DNA of 64,000 nucleotides. Origin: Planctomycetota bacterium (GTDB lineage: Bacteria > Planctomycetota > Brocadiia > JAADGH01). Positions 18,030 to 26,813 of this stretch are shown piece after piece. A program made the position numbers and the translations under genes. Each line of letters opens with the position of its first letter. The stretch's first letter is position 1. Below the pieces are notes generated by a model. The model searched no databases. It had not been told where the DNA came from and was given only the letters and a program-made list of their open reading frames with translations. The stretch spans positions 64,001-128,000 of the forward strand of contig JBFMAD010000008.1 of NCBI GenBank assembly GCA_040755855.1. Direction: 5' to 3'.

Positions 18030-19814
18030 TCATGACGGCTGTTTCGCTGCCGCCCCCTTCGCCTGCATTGACCTCCGGATAGCGAGAAAGACGACCACGG
18101 CCGCGATGAGAAGGATGACCCAGAAGAAGCGCACGAGCAGGATCGTCAGGATCGTCAGGATCAGCGCAATGACGCAGAACACAAAATTGAGCATCCCTCC
18201 GGCCAGCTCGCCGAGGACGGGGATGTAGCGCAACAGGAACGTCAGCGGCCCAGCCATCATGCACATGCCGATCCACATGCACAGGAATCCGCCGATTCTG
18301 GCGATCCACGTCCACATCCGGTGTTCCGACTGAAGCGCGGCAATCGCCTGGTCCTCCGTCACGCGCCCAGCCAATAGGAGCAGCACCCCTTTGTAGTTCG
18401 TCGGCCCGACCGCGCCGCCCTGCAACTTGCCGCAGACGAACAGATTCGCATCGGGCCTGATCCCGGCAAAGGACAGCCGGACGTCGCCCACCTCCGGAGC
18501 GCTTGGCGCGCCTTTGCCGATGTACCATCGGCTCTTGCCCTTGGCCTCTCCCGGGCCTGCCCCGGCCTTGGCGGACACGGTGACGCTGCTGAGCGTATCA
18601 CCCGCGAGCGTTCCGGAGAACGTGACCGGCGCGCCGATCTCGATGCCGCGAACCGTCGCCCGCTCGTTCCCCGCGGCGGGCGCCGTCTCGGCGGACCCCG
18701 GCTTGAAGAGCATCTTGCCCAGTTGCGGCATGTCCTCGGTCTTCAGGTTTGCCGGATCAATCTTCACCTTGCCCACGGCGACGCCCTCCGCGACCTTGAG
18801 CGTGGTTGCCCCCGGAACCCACTTGCCGCTGCCGTCGTAGGTCTCTTTGACGATTGCATACACCAGCAGCTTCTTGCCCTGTGCGGCCTGGGTTTCGAGC
18901 GGCTTGGCCGCCGATGGTGTTCCCGTGAGCGAAACTGCCCCCGATCCCTCCGGCGCATTCGGATCGAGGGGCTTCGGCGGCGGAGGCTCGGTAATGTCTT
19001 CTGCGCCCATGATCCGCGCGGCGCTCAGGTCAACCGTCAGGCTGCCGACGGTCACCGGATTCGCAAACCACTTCTGCGAGCCTGCAACCATTGATGGATT
19101 GATGTGTCCCTCCGGGTGCTTGAAGCCGGACGAATCTTCGGGGCTTGAGGTCCATTCTTTCACGTAGCGATAAGTCTTTATCTCTTTCTTGGTATCGGGG
19201 GAGGAGCCGGGCTCGGTCTTGGTCTCTGTCTTTTCCACCCATGCATACATCTCAACGGAACGGGAGAGATAAAGAAATTTATCCTCGGGGAGATAGAGAG
19301 GGTCCGTCACGGGCGCAGTGGTTGTCGCCTTACCTGTGAACTTCACGCTCTGACCTTCGGCGCTCTTCGCGCTGTCGTCCGGCTGGATAGGCTTTGCCGC
19401 TTTAATGATCTCTGACCGATCAATGCGCGTCCCTCCCTTGTAGAGGATGAAAAACGACGCCAGAAAGAGGATGAAGCCGATGAACACGCCCTGCACCGAG
19501 CTGGAGAGTTTCTCGCCGAATTTCGGCTCACGGACTTCAGTCACCTCCGTGTAGACGTCCACGGACGGCCTCGGCGGGGCGCTGGGTGTTCCCATCTGTG
19601 CGCCTGTCTGCGCGGCTGTTTCGCTGGTCGTGACTATGCCTCCCTTGGCCTCCACGAAACCCTCAAGTTCCTTGTCCCCCTCAGCCTTTTTGGCTTCCTT
19701 ATCGGGTTCCTTGGGAGAGTCCTTCGACCCTTGTTCCCGCTGTGTTTCTTTCTTGTCGTCCCCGCTCCCCTTTTCTTCCTCAAATCCTTCCAGCTCCTTG
19801 TCTTTCCCTGCCAT
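18030..19814 (-). CDS. TMEM43 (DUF1625)-family membrane protein
   Basis: GVFIGFILFLASF; LSRSVEMYAWVE; Y.KEW; GHINP; PEVGDVRLSF; TWIARIGG; C-terminal TMs. Confidence 0.8.
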   Translation of the reverse strand: MAGKDKELEGFEEEKGSGDDKKETQREQGSKDSPKEPDKEAKKAEGDKELEGFVEAKGGIVTTSETAAQTGAQMGTPSAPPRPSVDVYTEVTEVREPKFGEKLSSSVQGVFIGFILFLASFFILYKGGTRIDRSEIIKAAKPIQPDDSAKSAEGQSVKFTGKATTTAPVTDPLYLPEDKFLYLSRSVEMYAWVEKTETKTEPGSSPDTKKEIKTYRYVKEWTSSPEDSSGFKHPEGHINPSMVAGSQKWFANPVTVGSLTVDLSAARIMGAEDITEPPPPKPLDPNAPEGSGAVSLTGTPSAAKPLETQAAQGKKLLVYAIVKETYDGSGKWVPGATTLKVAEGVAVGKVKIDPANLKTEDMPQLGKMLFKPGSAETAPAAGNERATVRGIEIGAPVTFSGTLAGDTLSSVTVSAKAGAGPGEAKGKSRWYIGKGAPSAPEVGDVRLSFAGIRPDANLFVCGKLQGGAVGPTNYKGVLLLLAGRVTEDQAIAALQSEHRMWTWIARIGGFLCMWIGMCMMAGPLTFLLRYIPVLGELAGGMLNFVFCVIALILTILTILLVRFFWVILLIAAVVVFLAIRRSMQAKGAAAKQPS

Positions 19815-19929
19815 GCCTGCTTTCCTCGCAGTAAAAGAAGATTGTTGGTCTTGAGGACGCCCTGGATTTCTATTCCTTGACTTAGCCGGCTCCCCCTCCG
19901 GGCGGCGATCGCAAATCATCAATCGAAGA

Positions 19930-21162
19930 TCATTCCGCCGGCGGGTGGGGAAGCTCCATCTTCCGCAGCGGTTGGTCCTCGTGGAGGAAGTATTCCATGA
20001 GGCCGTGGCCGAGTTTGATGTGAAGGTCGCCCTCCTGCGCGTTTTTCTCGGTGAAGGGAACCTGCCGGATGACGCGGATGCCCGACCCGAAGATGGCGAA
20101 GGGGACGGGGTCGGCGGTGTGCCCTCGCTGCATCACGGGGGAGAAGTGGTTGATCGCAATGAGGATGCGACGCTCGGACAGCTTCTCCATCGCCTTGAGG
20201 ACGGGACCTACGATCTTTTCGTCAATGTTCTCGATGGCCACCACCTTGCGCAGGGGATCGCTGTCGTGGCTGGCCACATCAGGGGCGGCGACGTGAACGA
20301 CCACCAGATCGTATTTCTCCATCGCCTCAACGGCGGCCTTTCCCTTGGCGGTGTAGTCCGTGTCGAGCCATCCCGTCCCACCGGGGATGGGGATGGGGTC
20401 CCATCCGATATGGCGAGCCGTTCCGATGAAGAGGGGCGAGGCGCTGATGAGCGCCCCGGTCTTGCCGTACCTCTCGCGGAAGGGCCCCAGCTGGGGGACG
20501 CGGCCCTGCCCCCAGAGCCAGATCATGTTTGCCGGGTTTTCCCCAAGGTCCGCCCGGACGACGTTGATCTCGTGCTCCTCCAGCAGGCTGCGCGAGCCGA
20601 GCATGAGCCGGCGCAGGAGCTGGCTTCCCTGCCCGCCGGGCAGGTATGCCGCGAAGTCGGCGCCGACCGCATCGTGGGGGGGCGTGGTGCCAACGGTCAT
20701 GGGTTCGTCGCCGGAGTAGACCATGAGGTTGCGGAAGGAGCGTCCGGGGTGAAATGTCACGTGACGGGTGGAGAGGTTTTCCTGGAGAAACTGGATGAGG
20801 GCGCCGGCCTCCTTGTCGCCGATGTGGCCGGCAGAGTAGTCGGCGAGGATCTCCTCGTCCACGGTGACCAGGCTGCAGCTGAAGGCGACCTGTTGCACCC
20901 CCAGCTCGACGCCGAAGCCGGCGGCCTCAAGGGATGCGCGCCCCACGGCCTGCTTCCGCGGGTCGTAGCCCAGGAGGGAGAGGAGCGATGTCTCCGTGTC
21001 GGGCCGCATGCCCGGGGGGATGGTCTGCACCACGCCGAGCTTGCCGTCGCGGGAGAGGTGGTCGAGGTGGGGCGTACGGGCCGCCTCGAGGGGGGTCTTG
21101 CCCTGGAGCTGCGCGACGGGGTAGTCGGCCATTCCGTCGGCGATTAGCATGAAGTATTTCAT
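19930..21162 (-). CDS. apgM: ApgM-like cofactor-independent phosphoglycerate mutase family protein (divergent active site)
   Basis: IADGMADYP...GKTPLEAA.TP; LLGYDP; NPANMIWLWGQG; HTADPVPF; downstream of hom. Confidence 0.75.
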   Translation of the reverse strand: MKYFMLIADGMADYPVAQLQGKTPLEAARTPHLDHLSRDGKLGVVQTIPPGMRPDTETSLLSLLGYDPRKQAVGRASLEAAGFGVELGVQQVAFSCSLVTVDEEILADYSAGHIGDKEAGALIQFLQENLSTRHVTFHPGRSFRNLMVYSGDEPMTVGTTPPHDAVGADFAAYLPGGQGSQLLRRLMLGSRSLLEEHEINVVRADLGENPANMIWLWGQGRVPQLGPFRERYGKTGALISASPLFIGTARHIGWDPIPIPGGTGWLDTDYTAKGKAAVEAMEKYDLVVVHVAAPDVASHDSDPLRKVVAIENIDEKIVGPVLKAMEKLSERRILIAINHFSPVMQRGHTADPVPFAIFGSGIRVIRQVPFTEKNAQEGDLHIKLGHGLMEYFLHEDQPLRKMELPHPPAE

Positions 21163-21178
21163 AGGGCTCGTCCGCCTC

Positions 21179-21457
21179 TCACCCTCCGGCGAAGAAAATC
21201 CGGTTCAAGACCTCGGCCAGGCCGAGGACGACCAGCGCGGCGACCGCAAGGGCCCGTCCGAGGGAGATCCTTCCCCTGAGCGCCACGATCGCGCCGGCGA
21301 TTCCCCCCAGCGCCCCCCGGCTGGCGAGGAGAAATGGAAACTGCCCGAGCGTCATGCCGGTTTCGTGGTGGCGAATCATCAGTTCGCAGTATCCCGTCAC
21401 CAGCCCCGCCAGAATCCCGACCGCCGCCGCCGGAAACGCCTTCCAACGGCCGGCCAT
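21179..21457 (-). CDS. Small membrane protein
   Basis: Three hydrophobic segments; fills the gap between hom and apgM. Confidence 0.55.
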   Translation of the reverse strand: MAGRWKAFPAAAVGILAGLVTGYCELMIRHHETGMTLGQFPFLLASRGALGGIAGAIVALRGRISLGRALAVAALVVLGLAEVLNRIFFAGG

Positions 21458-21460
21458 GCC

Positions 21461-22753
21461 TCAGCCCTCGACCCGAATCAACCGGCTTTTGCCCTTGACC
21501 ACGTCGAGGAGGTCAATTTGTTTCATCGCCCGTCGCACGTGCCCCGACAGGGCCGTATGGGTCATCATCACCAGCGGCACAGTTCTGCCCAGCCGCCACT
21601 CCGGCTGGACCACCGAGGCGATGCTGATGTGGTTGCGTCCCAGTACGCCGGCGATTCTGGCCAGCACACCGGGTTTGTCCACCACGTTGATCCGAAGGAA
21701 ATACCGGCTTTTGACTTTGGCCATGTCCAGCAACTTCGCGGCCTTTGCGTCCGACGAGAAGCACCCCAGTTTGCGAAAGGTGATCGAGGCGCGGCCGAGA
21801 GCCACGTCAATCAGATCAGAAGTCACTGCGCTTGTGGTCGGTTCGCGGCCCGCGCCTCGGCCGTAGAACATGGTCGGCCCGACCCAGTCCCCGGTAATGC
21901 CGATGGCGTTGAAAACTCCGTTCACGGAGGCCAGCGGGTGGGCTGTGGGGAGGAGCGTCGGGTGCACGCGAAGGTCCAATTGGTCCCCCTCTCGCTTGCC
22001 AATGGCCAAAAGCTTGAGCACATAGCCGAGCTTCAGGGCGTCCTTCACGTCTTCGAGAAAGATATGGTCAATTCCTTCCCGATAGATTTTACGATAGTCC
22101 ACGCGCATACCGAAGCCAAGGCGGGCGAGGATGGCCAGCTTGTGGGTGGAGTCGGCGCCGCTCACGTCGGCGGTGGGGTCGGCTTCGGCATATCCCCTTT
22201 TCTGAGCCTCAGCCAGCGCCTCGTCATAGGTCTCGTTCTCGTGGGTCATCTGGGTAAGTATGTAGTTCGTCGTGCCGTTGACAATGCCGAAGATCGTCTG
22301 GATCCGGTTCGCGGCCAAGCCGTCGCGGAGGGCGGCGATGACGGGAATGCCGCCGCCGACGCTGGCCTCGAAGGAAACGCAGCGATCCATCTTGCGCGCG
22401 GTCTCAAAGATCATGTCCCCGTGGGCGGCGAGGAGGGCCTTGTTCGCGGTAACGACATGCTTGCCCTTCTTCAGGGCGGCGAGGATGATTTCCTTTGCGG
22501 GATGGATGCCGCCGATGAGTTCGATCAGGACGTGGATGCGGGGGTCCTCAATGATCTCCCGGGCGTCCTTGGCGACCAACCTGGCCGGGACCTTTGCCTT
22601 GCGGATCTTTGCGGCGTCGAGCTCGGCCACCTTCGCGAGGACAAGCTCCACGCCGACTTTCCGGCCAAATGCCTTGCCCTGGTCGAGGAGCATCCGGGCC
22701 ACGCCCGACCCAATGGTCCCCAGGCCGACCAGACCGACTTTCACCTGGTCCAT
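21461..22753 (-). CDS. hom: Homoserine dehydrogenase with C-terminal ACT domain
   Basis: GLGTIG, VVTANKAL, FEASVGGGIP, NGTTNYIL, GYAEADPTADV, DKPGVLARIA. Confidence 0.95.
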   Translation of the reverse strand: MDQVKVGLVGLGTIGSGVARMLLDQGKAFGRKVGVELVLAKVAELDAAKIRKAKVPARLVAKDAREIIEDPRIHVLIELIGGIHPAKEIILAALKKGKHVVTANKALLAAHGDMIFETARKMDRCVSFEASVGGGIPVIAALRDGLAANRIQTIFGIVNGTTNYILTQMTHENETYDEALAEAQKRGYAEADPTADVSGADSTHKLAILARLGFGMRVDYRKIYREGIDHIFLEDVKDALKLGYVLKLLAIGKREGDQLDLRVHPTLLPTAHPLASVNGVFNAIGITGDWVGPTMFYGRGAGREPTTSAVTSDLIDVALGRASITFRKLGCFSSDAKAAKLLDMAKVKSRYFLRINVVDKPGVLARIAGVLGRNHISIASVVQPEWRLGRTVPLVMMTHTALSGHVRRAMKQIDLLDVVKGKSRLIRVEG

Positions 22754-22810
22754 GCGGCGTCTTTCACTCACTCAAGTCCAGAAGTCAGAAACATGCGCTC
22801 GAAAGTGTTC

Positions 22811-22965
22811 AGGACAAAATTCACATTGGACACATAATACCACACTTCCTGTCTTCAGGGAGTGTGGTATACGTAGCAAGAGATCTTGCATGATGATATT
22901 CTGCCTATTGGCAAGGTGGCGTTGCTTTTCGCGGAAAAAAATGTGTCCAATGTGAATTTTGTCCT
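22811..22965. repeat. 25-bp perfect inverted repeat with inner hairpin in the hom leader
   Basis: AGGACAAAATTCACATTGGACACAT (22811-22835) and its reverse complement (22941-22965). Confidence 0.9.
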
Positions 22966-23001
22966 TCGGCTGCCGGCCAAGCCCGCTTTGGGGCGAAAAG
23001 A

Positions 23002-23030
23002 ATTGTAGCACATCCCCATGGGGGTGTCAA
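23002..23030 (-). promoter_or_regulatory. Sigma70 promoter for hom
   Basis: TTGACA-N17-TACAAT with extended -10 TG, minus strand. Confidence 0.7.
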
Positions 23031-23167
23031 TAGCGTGCGTCGGCAAGGCTTTGCCGGCTCTTTCACAAGCGGATCGGTTCGTTTTGGGTTGACACTGTCC
23101 CGCGCAGGATGATACCCTATCGGCCCACATGCCACTCGTCCTATAGAAGCAAAGGAGAGCGAAAACG

Positions 23168-24664
23168 ATGAGCAAAACCAACCGACCGAATGTAGTCCTC
23201 TTCGTCACTGATCAATGGCGCGCCAAGGACACGGGCTACTGGGGCAACGCCGTCATCCAGAGCCCTTTCACCGATGAAATCGCCAGGGAAGGCGCGGGCT
23301 TCCGCAAGTGTTTCGTCCAGAACCCCGTCAGCACCACCAGCCGCGTCGCCATGGCCAGCGGGTGGTACTGCCATGTGAACGGCCACCGCACCATGCACCA
23401 CATGCTCCGCCCCCACGAGCCGAACATGCTCCGCTACTTCAAGAAGGCCGGCTACCACGTCTGGTGGGGCGGGAAGAACGACATGCTGGCGATGGAGACC
23501 TGGAACGACTCGTGCCACACCCGCACCACCGGGAAGCTGAAGTGCAAACCGACCAAGGCCGAACCGTGGAAGTTCGGCGACAGGCTCTATCACACCTTCC
23601 TCTGGGGCAGGGTGGAGGAGACCTATGGGCCATCGGCTGCAGACGACGCCGTGGCCGAAGAGGCCGCGGCGTTCATCCGCAGGCCGATTTCCGAGCCGTT
23701 TTTCATGCTGGTGAATCAGACCTTCCCCCATCCGCCCTACGCCGTGGCCGAACCGTACTTCAGCATGTACGATCGGTCGAAGGTCCCCTTCCCGATCAAG
23801 CAGACCGTGCCCTTCGAGGGGAAACCCATAATCCTCAAGAAGGTCCACGAGCGGATGCGCATGAACGAGGTCACCGACGACGAGCTGCGCGAGATTGTCG
23901 CCGTCTACTACGGCATGTGCACGAAGACCGACCGGAACCTCGGCTGGGTCCTCGATGCGCTGAAGGAATCGGGCAAGTGGGACAACACGGTCGTCGTGGT
24001 CACATCCGACCACGGCGATTTCGCCGGCGACTACCAATCCACCGAAAAGATGCAGAACACCTTCGAGGACTGCCTGACAAACGTGCCGTTCTGCATCCGC
24101 GCGCCGGGGTGCAAGCCCCTGCCCAAGCCGACGGACGCGCTGATCGAGATGATTGATCTCCTGCCGACTCTCTGCGAGGTGTGCGGCATCGAGCTGATGC
24201 ACACGCAGTTCGGACGCTCGCTCATGCCGGTCATTCGGGGCGAGAAGGATGAGCACCGCGAGTACGTCTTCAGCGAGGGCGGCGCGCTGAACACCGAAGT
24301 TCACACCCACGAGACGGACCGGCCCAAGGAGAACATCTACTGGTCGCGCCCGGCGCTCCAGGTCACCGATCCGGACACGCACGGCAAGGCGGTGATGATC
24401 CGCTCGCGCAAGTGGAAATACGTCCGGCGGCTCTACGACACCGACGAGCTTTACGACATGGAGAACGACCCCGACGAGACGAAGAACCTGATCAACGATC
24501 CATCGAAGAAGGATGTCATCAACGAACTCGTCGCCGCGATGTGCACCTGGTTCATCGAGACGGGCGACGCCGTGCCAATCCGCTGGGACCTTCGGGGCGC
24601 GCACGAGCCGCACCCGCCCTGGTCGCAGAAGGCGCTCGACAATCCGCCGGCGATGGTTCCGTGA
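23168..24664 (+). CDS. Sulfatase-like hydrolase with atypical Ser motif (STTSR)
   Basis: RPNVVLFVTDQ; QNPVSTTSR; PHPPY; SDHGD; ELYDMENDPDE. Confidence 0.85.
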   Translation: MSKTNRPNVVLFVTDQWRAKDTGYWGNAVIQSPFTDEIAREGAGFRKCFVQNPVSTTSRVAMASGWYCHVNGHRTMHHMLRPHEPNMLRYFKKAGYHVWWGGKNDMLAMETWNDSCHTRTTGKLKCKPTKAEPWKFGDRLYHTFLWGRVEETYGPSAADDAVAEEAAAFIRRPISEPFFMLVNQTFPHPPYAVAEPYFSMYDRSKVPFPIKQTVPFEGKPIILKKVHERMRMNEVTDDELREIVAVYYGMCTKTDRNLGWVLDALKESGKWDNTVVVVTSDHGDFAGDYQSTEKMQNTFEDCLTNVPFCIRAPGCKPLPKPTDALIEMIDLLPTLCEVCGIELMHTQFGRSLMPVIRGEKDEHREYVFSEGGALNTEVHTHETDRPKENIYWSRPALQVTDPDTHGKAVMIRSRKWKYVRRLYDTDELYDMENDPDETKNLINDPSKKDVINELVAAMCTWFIETGDAVPIRWDLRGAHEPHPPWSQKALDNPPAMVP

Positions 24665-24675
24665 AAATGCGGGGA

Positions 24676-24793
24676 AATATCGAATATCGAACAAGGAATG
24701 TCGAATGTTGAAGGAAGATCTGAACCGGCGAACGGACGGCTTGGCCTTGTCTTCACTTCGATATTCGATATTCCTTGTTCGACATTCAATATT
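24676..24793. repeat. Inverted repeat built from 7-nt periodic units
   Basis: aatatcg aatatcg aacaagg aatgtcg aatgttg aag (24676-24713) versus ctt cgatatt cgatatt ccttgtt cgacatt caatatt (24756-24793). Confidence 0.85.
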
Positions 24794-25802
24794 CTCTTAT
24801 CCGGTCCCACACGTCGTCAATCCCAACCGCCTCAAGGCATCGCCGATTCTTGCAAGCCAGCCGCTCCTCGCGTGAGCACGGCGCGCAGGGCGCTTGGCCG
24901 CGGATAATCGTTACGCTTTCTCCTCGCGGGCCCCAGACGTCGGGGTCGGTCGGGCCGAAGATGGCGATCGTCGGAGTTCCCACTGCGGCGGCGATGTGCG
25001 TGATGCCCGAGTCATTGCCGAGGTAGGCGCGGCACTTCGACAGGATCGCCGCAAGGATCGGCAGCGAGAAGTTGTTCGCAATAGCGAATGTCCCCCTTGT
25101 CGCCTTCACGACCTCCTCATCCGCCGGGCCGCACGTCAGCAGGACTTGGCATTCCGTATGCGTTGTGATTCGTTCGATGATCTCGTTGAACCGGTCCGCC
25201 GGCCAGTTCTTCGTCCGGCCGCCGCTGCCGGGATGGACGGCGATGGTCTTCGCCGGATCAAGACGGCGCTCTGCCAAGAACGCATCGGCCCCGGCAAGGT
25301 CTTCCTGGCCGGGGAAGAGTCTCGGAGACGGGTTGTGCTCGTGAATCTCGATCTTCCCAAGGACCTCGCATAGATGATCCACCGCATGCCGCTTCGGCTC
25401 TGGCGGAGGCATCGGATCGTGAACGACGATCTTCGCCGGACAGAATCGTGCAAGGTTCCCCGCCAACATGCCCTCCGGGTCCCGCCAGAACGCAACGATG
25501 AGATCGAACGCTTTGAGTTCCTTGATCGGATTGCGTGCGTGTGCCACGCTCAAACTCGTTTGAGCGTGCTCTTGGGCGGGAGCGAATAGCGTTGCGAAGC
25601 CGGCGTCCTCCAGGTTCCGCGCCGAATCCGCATACCCCCTCCCCACGGCCAGGTCGCTGATGTGCGGATGGCCGAGCAGCCGGATGTGGGCGGAGGGGAA
25701 GGCCCGCCGGATGGCGCCGATGGCGGGGAGCGTGAGAACAAAATCCCCGATCGCCCCGCCACGCATAACCAGGATTTGTCTGAAGACGCTCATAGCCCCC
25801 AT
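24786..25802 (-). CDS. Glycosyltransferase family 9 (ADP-heptose:LPS heptosyltransferase-like)
   Basis: GAIGDFVLTLP; HPGSGG..KNWP; GNDSGITHIAAAVG.PTIAIFGPT. Confidence 0.9.
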   Translation of the reverse strand: MGAMSVFRQILVMRGGAIGDFVLTLPAIGAIRRAFPSAHIRLLGHPHISDLAVGRGYADSARNLEDAGFATLFAPAQEHAQTSLSVAHARNPIKELKAFDLIVAFWRDPEGMLAGNLARFCPAKIVVHDPMPPPEPKRHAVDHLCEVLGKIEIHEHNPSPRLFPGQEDLAGADAFLAERRLDPAKTIAVHPGSGGRTKNWPADRFNEIIERITTHTECQVLLTCGPADEEVVKATRGTFAIANNFSLPILAAILSKCRAYLGNDSGITHIAAAVGTPTIAIFGPTDPDVWGPRGESVTIIRGQAPCAPCSREERLACKNRRCLEAVGIDDVWDRIREY

Positions 25803-25923
25803 GATAACTCGAAGACCTCAAGATCACAAGGACTCGGCATTGACTTGACGGCCCGGTGTATGATAGGAAAAGAGAATGGAGCAAAAGCAACGGCCTTTCA
25901 ACCACGCGGAAAGGAGGAGTAGC

Positions 25924-26739
25924 ATGAGAAAAATCACGATGGGTATTGCCCTATTGGGCCTCGTGGCGATGATCGCCATTGACTCTATGGCGGCCAAGAA
26001 ACGAACCCCGCCCAAGGACATCCCGACGATCATGGCCGAGCGTGGGCAGCTCCTGGTTCAGGAGGAATTCGAGGGCCAGGCCCTGCCCGAGCAATGGAAA
26101 AGCGCGGTGGGCAAATGGGAGATCGAGGACGGCGCGCTGAAGGGCACGGAGCAGGCGGCCGACGAGCACGCCGCCGTCAGCCGCATCGAGGTGGATTGCA
26201 CGGACGTGATCGTCCAGTTCTCGTTCATGTATAAGGGCGCGAAGGGATGGAGCCTCTCCTTCAACAACAAGGACGGGCATGTCTGCCGGGCAAGTTTCAA
26301 CCCGAACGGGTTCAGCGTCAACAAGGACCGGCCGAATAAGGAGAGCGCGGAACAAGGCGCAACCATTGATACGGTAAAGTTCGAGTTCAAGGAGGGGGAA
26401 TGGTACGACATCTGTGTGGAGATCCTCGGCAAGGGCATGGTCGCCTCCATTGGCGGGGACAAGAAGATGATGTTTGTCGCCTTCGGAGAGAACGACGGCG
26501 TCGCCAAGCCGAAGACAAATTTTGGGTTCACCGTCACTCCTGTGGATCAATCGGTCTATTACGACGATGTTCGCGTCTGGAAGGCGGAACCCAACAAGAA
26601 GTGGGACAAGACGAAAAAAAACTTGAACAGATCAAGGCCGTCATGGAGAAGAAGGGTCTGCGCTGAAGTACGGTCATTCCCGCGAAAGCGGGAATCCAGG
26701 CCCTCGACCTCTCGTGGATTCCCGCGTACGCGGGAATGA
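25924..26739 (+). CDS. Exported ConA-like protein; probable 3' frameshift (natural stop likely 26666)
   Basis: Signal peptide; RGQLLVQEEFEG..W..GKWEI; YDDVRVW; A8 run at 26614-26621. Confidence 0.65.
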   Translation: MRKITMGIALLGLVAMIAIDSMAAKKRTPPKDIPTIMAERGQLLVQEEFEGQALPEQWKSAVGKWEIEDGALKGTEQAADEHAAVSRIEVDCTDVIVQFSFMYKGAKGWSLSFNNKDGHVCRASFNPNGFSVNKDRPNKESAEQGATIDTVKFEFKEGEWYDICVEILGKGMVASIGGDKKMMFVAFGENDGVAKPKTNFGFTVTPVDQSVYYDDVRVWKAEPNKKWDKTKKNLNRSRPSWRRRVCAEVRSFPRKRESRPSTSRGFPRTRE

Positions 26740-26740
26740 C
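26673..26740. repeat. REP-like element, family C (GTCATTCCCGCG-N-GCGGGAATCCA pair)
   Basis: Two inverted hairpin units; related copies at 34415 and 58212. Confidence 0.9.
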
Positions 26741-26813
26741 GAATGGACCCTTGGGCCCAAAAACGTATGCTACCACGCTTGGCTTAATGGTTACGCGCTG
26801 AGAAGGTGACCCA

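Noticed and set aside
21149..22837. Long antisense ORFs (562 aa here; also 23141-24694, 35749-37089, 54413-55876, 58323-59756, 62048-63625)
   Set aside because: They are shadows of well-supported genes on the opposite strand, expected in high-GC DNA, and show no recognisable motifs.
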